Assembly (NCBI GenBank): GCA_963737265.1
Contig: CAVTRY010000011.1
Coordinates: 192,001 to 256,000 of the forward strand
DNA: 64,000 nucleotides
Reading direction: 5' to 3'
DNA from: an uncultured delta proteobacterium
GTDB taxonomy: Bacteria; Myxococcota_A; Polyangia; Fen-1088
Part shown: piece after piece, positions 38,746-49,885 of the stretch
Layout: every line of letters begins with the position of its first letter
Position numbering within the stretch: the stretch's first letter is position 1
Program-made: the position numbers and the translations under genes
Notes under the pieces: model-generated
What the model was told of the DNA's origin: nothing
Database searches by the model: none
What the model saw: only the letters and a program-made list of their open reading frames with translations

Positions 38746-40285
38746 CTACTTCGCCAGCGTCGGATCGAGGTAGATTGCCAGTGTCGCGGTCACTCGATCC
38801 TGCGCTGCCCGCGCCGCAACGGGCGACGGGACCTCGTTCATGAGAATGGAGAAGAGTAGCGGCTTGCCCGCCGGCACGCCGACGACGCCAGACAGACAGC
38901 TCACGTTGGCCAGCGTGCCGGTCTTGGCCCGGACATTCCGTTCCGCCGCCGAACCACCGGTGCGGTGGGCGAGGGTACCGTCCGCGCCGCCCACGGCAAG
39001 GGAAGCGAGGAATTCGCTCGCGATTCTGAAGTCACGGGTGGCGGCGCGCAGGATGAAGATAATCTGTTCGGCGGAAAACCGATTTGAATCGTAGAGCCCC
39101 GAGCCATTCTTCATCACGTACGTGCCCCGAGAAATTCCGGCACTTTCGAGATAGCGGGCGACGGCGTCGAGTCCTTTTTGCCAGGTTCCGGGGCGTCCCA
39201 TGATTTCCCCCCCCAGTGTGCGCAAAAGTTGTTCGGCGGCAAAGTTACTCGAACGTTTGCCAAGCTCGTGCGCGACCACGGCCAGGGCCGGCGAATCGTG
39301 TGTGGCGAGCACGCGCAGTCCATCCTTGGGCGCGACGCCGACCCGCACCGGTTTGTCGACGGTGATGCCGCGCTTGGCGAGGATTTGCTTGAAGGTCTGG
39401 CCGAAGAACATCTCGGGTGTGCTGACGCGGCGCCGAATCGCACGCGGTTCGGCGCCCGTGAGGATGCGGCCGGCGACGCTGACACGGGTTTGTCCGTTTC
39501 CCGCATCGCTGGTTTCGACCTCGGGCACGGCCGGACCCTTGGCCGCCGTAGTGACGGTACCGCTGAGCACGAGCGCTGCCGACGCAGGGTTGAGCACGAT
39601 GCGTGCGGGCGCACCCGCCGTCGCGGCGGGGACGACGGTTACGCTGACAACATTGCCATTGAGCGAGGCCGCGGATGAGGGCGCACGAAAAGCTGCGGAA
39701 TCGCTTTTCTGATCGAAATTCGGTCCGACGGTCGCGCTGTCGAAAGCGCTGGCGTCGATGACCAAGCCGCCGCGCACCTTGTGCAAGCCCGCGGCTGCGA
39801 GCTCGGCTGCCAGTGCGCCCAAATCCTGGGCCGAAAACGTCGGGTCGCCGGAAGCCTTGAGGTAAAGGTCGCCGTGCAGCTCGCCTCCGGAAATGGCCTT
39901 GCCGCCCTCGGCCGGGACCGGGCCGAGTAGGGTTGTCTTCCAGCGAAATTCCGGCCCAAGCAGCGCCAGCGACGCGACCTCGGTGGCAATCTTGACGTTC
40001 GAGGCAGCGTTGAGCCCGACCTTTTCATTCTTCGCGTAGATGAGCTTTCCGCTCTCCGGATCCATCACCGCGACCGACATTTTCGCGTGGCCCAGCGACG
40101 GCCCGCTCAAGAATCTCGTCGAGCCGGGCTCTGAGCCACAGGCGCCGAGCTTCGGGTTCCTTGGGCGCTGGCGGTGATGGGGCCGCGGCGGGTCCGGCGT
40201 CGATGGCGGCGGCAGCCTCGGCCTGGGCCAGCTGCGGGACGGAGAGCGCGAGACCGAGGAGGAGAGAAATCTTGCGGCTGTGCAT
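38746..40285 (-). CDS. dacB: D-alanyl-D-alanine carboxypeptidase/endopeptidase PBP4 (single-base frameshift near 40103)
   Basis: ASNVK (SxxK), SGDPT, SSN, GSGL, AKTGTL. The signal peptide MHSRKISLLLGLAL is in the adjacent frame. Confidence 0.92.
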
Positions 40286-40560
40286 GGGTCATCAGCGTCT
40301 ATCGGGCGAGGGCACACGTCAAATACCCAGAAATTTGCAGGCTGAAGACATGTCCATCAATCGCTCCCGTCGCCCGTTCGGCTGCGCAGCCCGCCCGCTT
40401 CGTTTCTCCTCGCTTAGGTAGCCCGCGCTATGCGCGCCCGTCGCGCCTCGCGGGCGGGCTTGCTCGCTCGGCCGGGGCTCGGTCTGCCATTGATAGACAC
40501 GTCTTGAGAGTTTGCGACGAGCAGTCGACGCGAGTCGACCGGTTCTCCATAATGTGCGGC

Positions 40561-41883
40561 GTGGATCTTTTCGCGCGAGCAGCCAACAAGGACAGGAGAG
40601 GGCAACCCCTTGCCGAACGGATGCGACCCGAGAATCTGGCCGAGTACGTCGGGCAGGAGCATTTGCTCGGACCTGGACGCTGGCTGCGGCGAGCGATCGA
40701 CAGCAAGGACCTGACGTCGCTGATTCTGTGGGGACCGCCCGGCACAGGGAAGACGACCTTGGGCCGCCTGCTTGCGGCGGAAATCCGGGCGTCTTTCGTA
40801 GCGCTGTCCGCCGTCATGGCCGGCGTGAAGGAGGTGCGCGAGGCGGTCGCCGAGGCTGCGCAGCGACGGGACCTCCGCGGCGAACGGTCGTTGCTGTTCA
40901 TCGACGAAATCCACCGGTTCAACAAAGCACAGCAAGACGCGCTGCTGCCGCACGTGGAGGCCGGCACCATCATTCTTGTCGGGGCGACGACGGAAAATCC
41001 GTCCTTCGAGGTGAATGCGCCACTGCTTTCGCGCGCCAAGGTTTTGGTGCTAAAGCCGCTGTCGGAAGAAAACCTGCGCGCCATCATCGATCGGGCCCTG
41101 GCAGATCCGGATCGCGGGCTCGGGCGCGAAGCTATCGATTGTCCCGACCCGATTCGCGACCAGCTGGCGCGCGAGGCGAGGGGCGACGCCCGGCGGGCCT
41201 TGTCCGCCCTGGAATCCGCCGCGTCCATTGCCATGCCCGACGAGAACGACCAACGGCACATCGACGAGCAGACGCTTGCCGAAGCCTTGCAGCGCAAGAC
41301 TTTGATCTACGACAAGGCGGGCGACGAGCACTACATGGTGGTGAGCGCGTTCATCAAGAGCATGCGCGGCAGCGATCCGGACGCGGCGGTGTACTGGATG
41401 GCGCGCATGCTTGAAGCAGGCGAGGAGCCGCTCTTCATTCTGCGCCGAATGGTGATCTTCGCGGCCGAAGACATCGGCAATGCCGACCCCAATGCCCTGC
41501 GCGTGGCGATGGCGGCCACCGACGCGGTTCGCTTCGTCGGGTTGCCCGAGGGTTATCTACCCATGAGCCAGGCCGCCATCTATCTGGCCGTGGCGCCCAA
41601 AAGCAACAGCGCGCTCACGACCTACGCCGCGGCCAAGCGCGACATCGACGAATTCGGCGCCTTGCCGGTTCCCATGCACCTGCGCAACGCCAGCACTGGC
41701 CTTGCCAAGTCGCTTGGGTTCGGCCAGGGCTATCAGTATCCGCACAACGTCGACGGCCACTACGTGGTCGAAGACTATCTGCCCGAAGAGCTTCGCGGCC
41801 GGCATTACTACCAGCCGTCGAAGTCGGGCCGCGAACGCGATATCGGCGAATACCTGGCGGCCTTGCGCAAGCGCGAAAAATAG
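40561..41883 (+). CDS. rarA: Replication-associated recombination protein RarA/MgsA
   Basis: PLAERMRP, WGPPGTGKTT, DEIHRFNKAQQD, GATTENPSF, SAFIKSMRGSDPDAA, EDIGNAD. Confidence 0.96.
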   Translation: MDLFARAANKDRRGQPLAERMRPENLAEYVGQEHLLGPGRWLRRAIDSKDLTSLILWGPPGTGKTTLGRLLAAEIRASFVALSAVMAGVKEVREAVAEAAQRRDLRGERSLLFIDEIHRFNKAQQDALLPHVEAGTIILVGATTENPSFEVNAPLLSRAKVLVLKPLSEENLRAIIDRALADPDRGLGREAIDCPDPIRDQLAREARGDARRALSALESAASIAMPDENDQRHIDEQTLAEALQRKTLIYDKAGDEHYMVVSAFIKSMRGSDPDAAVYWMARMLEAGEEPLFILRRMVIFAAEDIGNADPNALRVAMAATDAVRFVGLPEGYLPMSQAAIYLAVAPKSNSALTTYAAAKRDIDEFGALPVPMHLRNASTGLAKSLGFGQGYQYPHNVDGHYVVEDYLPEELRGRHYYQPSKSGRERDIGEYLAALRKREK

Positions 41884-41889
41884 ATCCGG

Positions 41890-42000
41890 AATTTCACCAC
41901 GGAGGGCACAGAGGCGCGGAATGAAGGGGGATTTCCAGGATATCGAATCCGGACCCTTCCATTTCCGACTCTGTGTTCTCTGTGCCCTGTGTGGTTAATT
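41890..42000. repeat. Palindromic MITE/REP-like element (same family as the dnaE2 insertion)
   Basis: AATTTCACCACGGAGGGCACAGAG ... CTCTGTGCCCTGTGTGGTTAATT imperfect inverted repeat between convergent genes. Confidence 0.8.
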
Positions 42001-42006
42001 TCTTCC

Positions 42007-43326
42007 TCAGTCGTAGTACTCGGCACCCAAGTGCGTAATCAGCTCTTCACCGTGCAAATATCGCAAGGTGTTCTTGAGCTTCATGAGCTGGATGAAGGTG
42101 TCGTGTTCGGGATAAAGGCCGGGCGCGGTCATCGGGCTCTTCCAGTAGAAAGACAGCCATTCCTGCACACCGGAGAGGCCGGAGCGCTGGGCGAGATCCA
42201 TGAACAGCGCCAGGTCGAGCACCACGGGTGCGGCTAGGATCGAGTCGCGGCACAGGAAGTTGATCTTGATTTGCATCGGATAGCCCATCCATCCGAAGAT
42301 GTCGATGTTGTCCCAACCCTCTTTGTTGTCACCGCGGGGTGGGTAATAGTTGATGCGGACCACGTGGCACATTTTGCCGTAGAGGTCGGGATAGAGCGCC
42401 GGTTGCATGATGTGTTCGAGCGCGCCGAGCTTTGACACTTCTTTGGTCTTGTGCGACTCGGGATCGTCGAGGACCTCGCCGTCGCGATTGCCGAGGATGT
42501 TGGTCGAGTACCAACCGTCGATGCCGAGCAAGCGCGCCTTGAGGCCCGGCGAGATGATGGTCTTCATGAAGGTTTGGCCGGTCTTGAAGTCCTTGCCCGA
42601 GACGGGTACCTCATTTTTCTTGGCCAGCTCCAGCAGAGCGGGCGTGTCCAGCGTGAGGTTGGGCGCGCCGTTGGCGAAGGGAACGCGACACTTGAGCGCG
42701 GCGTAGGCGTAGATCTGCGACGGCGCGATTTCGGGGTCGCTGTCGCGCAAGCCCTTCTCGAAGCTGGCCAGCGTCGCGTGAACCGGGGCGACTTCGTGGT
42801 AGGCCTCGGTCGAGCCACACCAGACCATCACCAGACGATCGACCTTTTCCGTTTTGCGGAAGTTCTCGATGTCGGCGATGACTTGTTCGGCCAGATCGAA
42901 CTTCGACTTGCCCTTCTTGGCGTGGGTTGCGGTCAGCCGCTTGACGTACGACTGTTCGAACACCGACGTCATGGGCTTGATACTGGAGAGGAATTCCTTG
43001 CTTTGCGCCAGATGGTCCTTGGTCAGCACGCCGGCCTTGCTCGCTGCCTGGTAGGCGTCGTCCGGAAAAAGGTCCCAGCCGCCGAACACGATGTCGTTCA
43101 GGTTTGCCAGGGGAAGAAAATCCTTGATCATCGGCGACCGGTTTTCGGTGCGCTTGCCCAGTCGGATGGTTCCCATCTGGGTCAGCGAACCGATGGGTTT
43201 GGCGAGTCCGCGCCGGACGGCGTCGACCCCCGCCATGAACGTCGTGGCGACGGCCCCCAATCCAGGCGTAAGAATTCCGAGTCTCCCGGTGGCGGGCTTG
43301 ATCTCGACGGGCTTCGTAAGTGGCAT
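42007..43326 (-). CDS. ino1: myo-inositol-1-phosphate synthase
   Basis: GLGAVAT, FGGWD, WCGSTE, FANGAP, GKDFKTGQT, NILGNRDG, GDNKE, CRDSILAAP. Confidence 0.95.
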   Translation of the reverse strand: MPLTKPVEIKPATGRLGILTPGLGAVATTFMAGVDAVRRGLAKPIGSLTQMGTIRLGKRTENRSPMIKDFLPLANLNDIVFGGWDLFPDDAYQAASKAGVLTKDHLAQSKEFLSSIKPMTSVFEQSYVKRLTATHAKKGKSKFDLAEQVIADIENFRKTEKVDRLVMVWCGSTEAYHEVAPVHATLASFEKGLRDSDPEIAPSQIYAYAALKCRVPFANGAPNLTLDTPALLELAKKNEVPVSGKDFKTGQTFMKTIISPGLKARLLGIDGWYSTNILGNRDGEVLDDPESHKTKEVSKLGALEHIMQPALYPDLYGKMCHVVRINYYPPRGDNKEGWDNIDIFGWMGYPMQIKINFLCRDSILAAPVVLDLALFMDLAQRSGLSGVQEWLSFYWKSPMTAPGLYPEHDTFIQLMKLKNTLRYLHGEELITHLGAEYYD

Positions 43327-43571
43327 TCTGTTGCTCCTTCCTTTTCGAAGCCTTCGGCTAGCAAGTCGCGGGCCGAGTTTCGATGCCTAATGAAATCGCT
43401 TCATTGTGCTTCCATGGTTGGTGAAATGTGGTAAGAACCTGACTCCTTTAAACACCACACGCTGACCGAGAGGGCCGCGCGTGCCTGCTGAATGTTCGGA
43501 GCATGTCCGACGTTTGGTTGGTCTTGGCCATCGCAGACGGAAGCGGCGGAAAAACAACGCGAGAGGAAAAC

Positions 43572-44513
43572 ATGGAAAACACACCAGACGGCCAGCCGGC
43601 CGCCGAGACGTCCGCACCCATTTCGACCCCGACCGAAAACCCGATGGCGGTGATCGACACGCCCCTCACCATGCGCGACATGATGGAAGCGGGCGTTCAC
43701 TTTGGTCACCAGACCACGCGCTGGAATCCCAAGATGAAGCCGTACATCTTCGGCGCGCGCAACGGGATCCACATCATTGATCTCCAGTACTCGGTCAAGG
43801 CGTTCAAGCGCGCCTTCGATTTCCTCGTGCGCACTGTCGCCGAGGGCAAGCCGGTGCTGTTCGTTGGCACCAAGAAGCAGGCCCAAGACGTGGTTCGCGA
43901 GGAATCTACCCGCGGCGGCCAATTTTACGTGACCAACCGCTGGCTCGGCGGCACGCTGACAAATTTTCACACTGTGAAAGGATCGATCGAACGCCTGCAG
44001 GCCATCGAGAAAATGTCCACCGACGGTACCTTCGAGCGTCTGACCAAGAAAGAGGTCATCCGTATCACGCGCGAGCAGGAGAAGCTGGAGAAAGCCCTGG
44101 GTGGCATCAAGTCCATGGGCGAGCTTCCGGGCGCGGTGTTCATCGTGGACGTGGTCAAGGAGCACATCGCCGTCAGCGAGGCGCGCAAGCTTGAGATCCC
44201 CATCGTCGCGATGGTGGATACCAACTGCAATCCGGACTTGATCAACTACGCGATTCCCGGCAACGACGACGCAATTCGGGCCATTCGCTTGTTCGCGGCC
44301 AAGGTCGCCGACGCTTGCATCATCGGCCAGAGGGTTGCGCGCGAGCGCGCCGCCACGTCGCGATCATCGTCTGCTTCGGACGGCGAGTCGGCGGTCCAGA
44401 CCATCCGCGTTTCGTCGGGCGGCGAAGGTCCAAAAGTCGAGGTGGTTTCTCGCCGGCGGGGCGAAATGCCCACGCCCGAGGCCGCCGCGTCGCCCGAGGA
44501 CGCGAGCGAGTAG
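43572..44513 (+). CDS. rpsB: 30S ribosomal protein S2
   Basis: [43 protein letters not shown]; GAGG RBS before ATG 43572. Confidence 0.98.
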   Translation: MENTPDGQPAAETSAPISTPTENPMAVIDTPLTMRDMMEAGVHFGHQTTRWNPKMKPYIFGARNGIHIIDLQYSVKAFKRAFDFLVRTVAEGKPVLFVGTKKQAQDVVREESTRGGQFYVTNRWLGGTLTNFHTVKGSIERLQAIEKMSTDGTFERLTKKEVIRITREQEKLEKALGGIKSMGELPGAVFIVDVVKEHIAVSEARKLEIPIVAMVDTNCNPDLINYAIPGNDDAIRAIRLFAAKVADACIIGQRVARERAATSRSSSASDGESAVQTIRVSSGGEGPKVEVVSRRRGEMPTPEAAASPEDASE

Positions 44514-44567
44514 GTCTGGTCTTTTTCGTTGGTCTTTTTCGTCTTCGGATTCTAGGAGTCGTTAGCC

Positions 44568-45227
44568 ATGGCTGAAGTTACCACCCAGATGATCAAGGAT
44601 CTGCGCGAGCGCACCCAGGCCGGCATGTCGGACTGCAAGAAGGCACTCACCGAGTGCGATGCCGACATGGACAAGGCCATCGAGTACTTGCGCAAGAAGG
44701 GCATCGCCCAGGCCGCCAAGAAGGCCACGCGCATTGCCTCGGAAGGCATCATCGCGAGCTACATGCACGGTTCGCGTATCGGCGTCATGGTCGAGGTGAA
44801 CTGCGAGACGGACTTCGTTTCGCGCAACCCCGATTTTCAGGTGTTCGCGCGCGAGGTGGCAATGCAGGTCGCCGCGATGAGCCCGCAGTATGTGTCGCAG
44901 GATGAGATTCCTGCCGCCGTAGTTGAGCAGGAAAAAGCCATCCGCATGGAGCAGGCTCGTCTGCAGAACAAGCCCGAGCCGGTGCTTCAGAAGATCGTCG
45001 ATGGGCAGATCGCCAAATGGTTCAAAGAGGTCTGCCTCATGGACCAGACTTGGATCAAGGATCCCGACGGCAAGAAGGATATCAAAAGTTTGCTCACGGA
45101 TCTGGTGGGCAAGATCGGGGAGAACATCAAGGTTCGTCGATTCGCGCGCTACGAAGTCGGCGAGGGCTTGGCCAAGCGAGCCGACGATTTCGTCGAGGAA
45201 GTGAAGCGCCAGGCCGGCCAGAGCTGA
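44568..45227 (+). CDS. tsf: Elongation factor Ts (short type)
   Basis: IKDLRERTQAGMSDCKKAL, EVNCETDFV, IGENIKVRRF; 219 aa. Confidence 0.98.
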   Translation: MAEVTTQMIKDLRERTQAGMSDCKKALTECDADMDKAIEYLRKKGIAQAAKKATRIASEGIIASYMHGSRIGVMVEVNCETDFVSRNPDFQVFAREVAMQVAAMSPQYVSQDEIPAAVVEQEKAIRMEQARLQNKPEPVLQKIVDGQIAKWFKEVCLMDQTWIKDPDGKKDIKSLLTDLVGKIGENIKVRRFARYEVGEGLAKRADDFVEEVKRQAGQS

Positions 45228-45231
45228 TTGA

Positions 45232-46729
<1,498 letters not shown>

Positions 46730-46790
46730 AGAGGTGTCCCATCGCTCGCGCGAGTGATAGACACGTCTTGAGGTCGGCGCCGGCCGATGT

Positions 46791-47189
46791 CTACGTCGAG
46801 GGGGCCAGACCACTGGCGGCGTTCTTGTCGTAGGTAAGGCGCGCGACGTCGACCTGGTTGATGGCGAAGCGCAGGGTGGTTCCGTTGCCCTTGAGCAGCC
46901 CTTCGCGCTGAAAAAGGTAATAGGTCCGCAGGCCTTCGCGCACGGGTGGCTCGCCCTGCGATTGCTTGCCTGGGATGCCGCTCATGATCAGGATTCTTTC
47001 GCCGGGCTGGAGCACGAAGCCCGGATCGATCTGCCCCATAACCGAGCCACGTTTGCCGGGGCGGCTGACGATCACCTGCAGTCCGGCCGTACTCACGGCC
47101 GTGGCGCCAGTGTTGGCCAGGATAAAGTATTCCTGGTTGACCTTTTTGCTGTCGGGGGCGGCGTGCACTTCTTCGAAAACGAGTGGCAT
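46791..47189 (-). CDS. Hypothetical protein, lamin-tail-domain-like
   Basis: EYFILANTGATAVSTAGLQV..FVLQPGERILIMSG pattern. Confidence 0.6.
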   Translation of the reverse strand: MPLVFEEVHAAPDSKKVNQEYFILANTGATAVSTAGLQVIVSRPGKRGSVMGQIDPGFVLQPGERILIMSGIPGKQSQGEPPVREGLRTYYLFQREGLLKGNGTTLRFAINQVDVARLTYDKNAASGLAPST

Positions 47190-47320
47190 GGGCCTGGTTA
47201 TAGTCCGAGCTGCCAGGAAACGACAATGCCTGAGACGAAACGGGCGTTTTGCTTCGAGTCCGCGCGATGTGGGAGGGTTGGGCTCCTGTATTTCTAGAAG
47301 TCCATGCTAGAGTCCGCGCG

Positions 47321-47599
47321 ATGACCAAGCTGGAAGTTGACATCGCCCACAGCCTCAGTCGCGACGAGGCCCGGTCGCGTATCGACCAGGTCACGGCAAA
47401 ACTGGCCCGCGATTTCAGCGCCGAGTGCAACTGGGACGGTGTCGGCCGGCTGGTCGTCAAGCGCAAGGGCTTGCAGGCGTTCCTGGATATTGCGGACGAC
47501 CGGGTCCATGTCGACATGGAGCTGGGCATGTTCATGCGACCGTTCGCGGGTACGATTCGCGCGGGGATCGCCAGACAGCTGGCCGAGATCCTGGCTTAG
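47321..47599 (+). CDS. Polyhydroxyalkanoate-system (PHA granule region) family protein
   Basis: HSLSRDEAR..WDG..KRKG..VDMELG pattern; 92 aa. Confidence 0.75.
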   Translation: MTKLEVDIAHSLSRDEARSRIDQVTAKLARDFSAECNWDGVGRLVVKRKGLQAFLDIADDRVHVDMELGMFMRPFAGTIRAGIARQLAEILA

Positions 47600-47784
47600 T
47601 ACAGCTTCCCGCTCTCGCTGGCCGGGCGTCTCGGCGGCCGAAACATGGCCGACCTGTTCTAGTTCTCTAACCGTTCTCTTGCGAGGATGCTTTACCCTCG
47701 ATCTGCGCGCTGCTATAAAGGCAGTCGCTCGCTTTCGTAGTTCGAGCACAGGATTCTTCCGCCCCTCACCCGACGGAGACAAAC

Positions 47785-49755
47785 ATGGATTTCCGACGAA
47801 CCGCGATCGGTCTGGCCTTGGCATCTGTTGTGACGGCAGCCAGCGTCTCGGCGCAAGCGCAGGCTCCTCTAGGGCAGCTCACAAGTGCGCCTGTCGACCT
47901 TCAGGTGTTCCGACCCGCAGCCGACACCAAGGGGTACATCACCCTGAACGGCGCGCAGGTCTTGGCGCCGCTGGATGTCTCGTTCGGGATTGTGTCCACG
48001 GGTGCCTGGCGGCCGCTCAAATTGCAGGGCGGAAACATCGATCTCGGTGGCGGACAGACGGGTGCGTCGTCGCTGACGATCAAGTACCTGATCACGACGA
48101 CCCTGCAAGGGGCAATCGGCCTGTTCCAGACCGATCACATTGGGTTGCAGCTCGGGATCGGTCTTCCCCTGGGCGTCGTGAACGGCGAAGCCTTGCCCTA
48201 TGATGGCAATGGCCAGCCGGTCACCGCGCAGACCCACTACTTGACCAACTATCAGGGCGTCGGGGATCTGTCCGTCCAGCCCAAGATTCGGTTGCTCAAC
48301 CCCAGCCGCCTACCAGTCGGCGTGGCGATCATTCCCGGCTTCATTCTGCCGACTGGCGACAAGGCCAAGTTCCTCGGCGAAGGCCAGACCATTTTTCAGC
48401 CGCAAGCCATCGTGGAGGCAAATTGGGGCCGTTACGGCGTGTTTCGTACCGCGCTCAACCTCGGAATGCGACTTCGCACAAGCGGCGCGTCTCAGTTCTT
48501 GGACAGTCAACAGTTCTATAACCGCCCGGTTAACGGAAACCCCGGCAACACCAACGCTGGTATCAAGGTCGGCAACGAGCTCCTCGCCGGGGTCGCTGCT
48601 TCGTGGGGCATCGTTCCCTTCGTGTTCGACCTGGTCGGCGAATTTTACACTTTCACAGGGCTCGACTCGAAAAAGATCAATTTCGACGGCACGCAGTCGT
48701 CGATGGGTCCGGGCGGCGAGGCGGTGGTGGGAATCAAGGCCTACCTCGCCCCCAATTCGTTCTTCGAGGCAGGCGGCGGCTACGGCGTCTTGCCGACGTC
48801 CTATGGCACCACCCAGGGGCGTTTGTTCTTGGGCATCGTGTTCGAGCCGGGCGCGGGCGACCGCGATGGCGACGGCATCAAGGACGACGTGGACAAGTGT
48901 CCCGACGATCCGGAAGACTTCGATGGCTTCGAGGACGAGGACGGCTGTCCCGACCCGGACAACGACAAGGACGGCGTTCCCGACGTGCTCGACAAGTGTC
49001 CGAACGTGCCCGGGCCGCGCGAGAACGACGGTTGCCCGATGCATGCCGTGCACGACCGCGACGGCGATGGCATCCCGGACGAGATCGACAAGTGCCCGGA
49101 CGAGCCGGAGGACTTTGACGGCTTCGAAGACGAGGACGGCTGTCCCGATCCGGACAACGACAAGGACGGCATCCCGGACAAGCTCGACCTGTGCCCGAAC
49201 GATCCGGAAGACTTCGACGGCTTCGAAGACGAGGACGGCTGCCCCGACCCGGACAACGACCACGACCGCATCCCGGACGCCCAGGACAAATGCCCGAACG
49301 AGCCCGAAACCTACAACGGCTTCGAGGACGAGGACGGCTGCCCTGACAAGGGCCTGGTCATCGTCCAGCGCGGCAAGCTCGAGATTCTCGACAAGATTTA
49401 CTTCGAAACCGACAAGGATGTCATCAAGGAGCAGAGCTTCCCGCTGCTCGACGCCATCGCCGCGACGATCAAGGGGCATCCGGAAATCGCTCTTATCGAA
49501 ATCCAGGGCCACGCCGACGAGCGCGGTGACGACGAACACAACCTAGATCTGACGGACAGGCGCGCGCATTCAGTCATGCGGGCGCTCGAAGACCGCGGGG
49601 TCGAGCTTGGCCGCCTCAAGGCGCGTGGCTACGGCGAAACCAAGCCGATCTGTACCCAACACAACGAAGAATGCTGGAGTAAGAACCGTCGCGTCGAATT
49701 CATCATCTTGAAGCGCGTCGACGAGCAGATTTTGCAGAACGACTCTGGCCAGTAG
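47785..49755 (+). CDS. Outer-membrane OmpA-family protein with thrombospondin type-3 repeats (TraB-like architecture)
   Basis: Signal peptide, beta-barrel-like region, repeated DRDGDGI.D..D.CP..PEDFDGFEDEDGCPD, OmpA domain IEIQGHAD..NRRVEF. Confidence 0.92.
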   Translation: MDFRRTAIGLALASVVTAASVSAQAQAPLGQLTSAPVDLQVFRPAADTKGYITLNGAQVLAPLDVSFGIVSTGAWRPLKLQGGNIDLGGGQTGASSLTIKYLITTTLQGAIGLFQTDHIGLQLGIGLPLGVVNGEALPYDGNGQPVTAQTHYLTNYQGVGDLSVQPKIRLLNPSRLPVGVAIIPGFILPTGDKAKFLGEGQTIFQPQAIVEANWGRYGVFRTALNLGMRLRTSGASQFLDSQQFYNRPVNGNPGNTNAGIKVGNELLAGVAASWGIVPFVFDLVGEFYTFTGLDSKKINFDGTQSSMGPGGEAVVGIKAYLAPNSFFEAGGGYGVLPTSYGTTQGRLFLGIVFEPGAGDRDGDGIKDDVDKCPDDPEDFDGFEDEDGCPDPDNDKDGVPDVLDKCPNVPGPRENDGCPMHAVHDRDGDGIPDEIDKCPDEPEDFDGFEDEDGCPDPDNDKDGIPDKLDLCPNDPEDFDGFEDEDGCPDPDNDHDRIPDAQDKCPNEPETYNGFEDEDGCPDKGLVIVQRGKLEILDKIYFETDKDVIKEQSFPLLDAIAATIKGHPEIALIEIQGHADERGDDEHNLDLTDRRAHSVMRALEDRGVELGRLKARGYGETKPICTQHNEECWSKNRRVEFIILKRVDEQILQNDSGQ

Positions 49756-49885
49756 TTGTCTCAAGTCGGTGTATGGAGCGCAGGGAGCGCTCCCTGCTGG
49801 CGCGGAAAGCGAATGAGGTTCTTCTTGACTCGGCCTCTGTGTGGGTTATTAACAACCACCCGATTGTCTGGGGCGCGGGTTTCCA

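Noticed and set aside
48860-49350. Regular DNA repeats resembling a CRISPR array
   Set aside because: They are in-frame TSP3 protein repeats with synonymous variation, and no cas genes are present.
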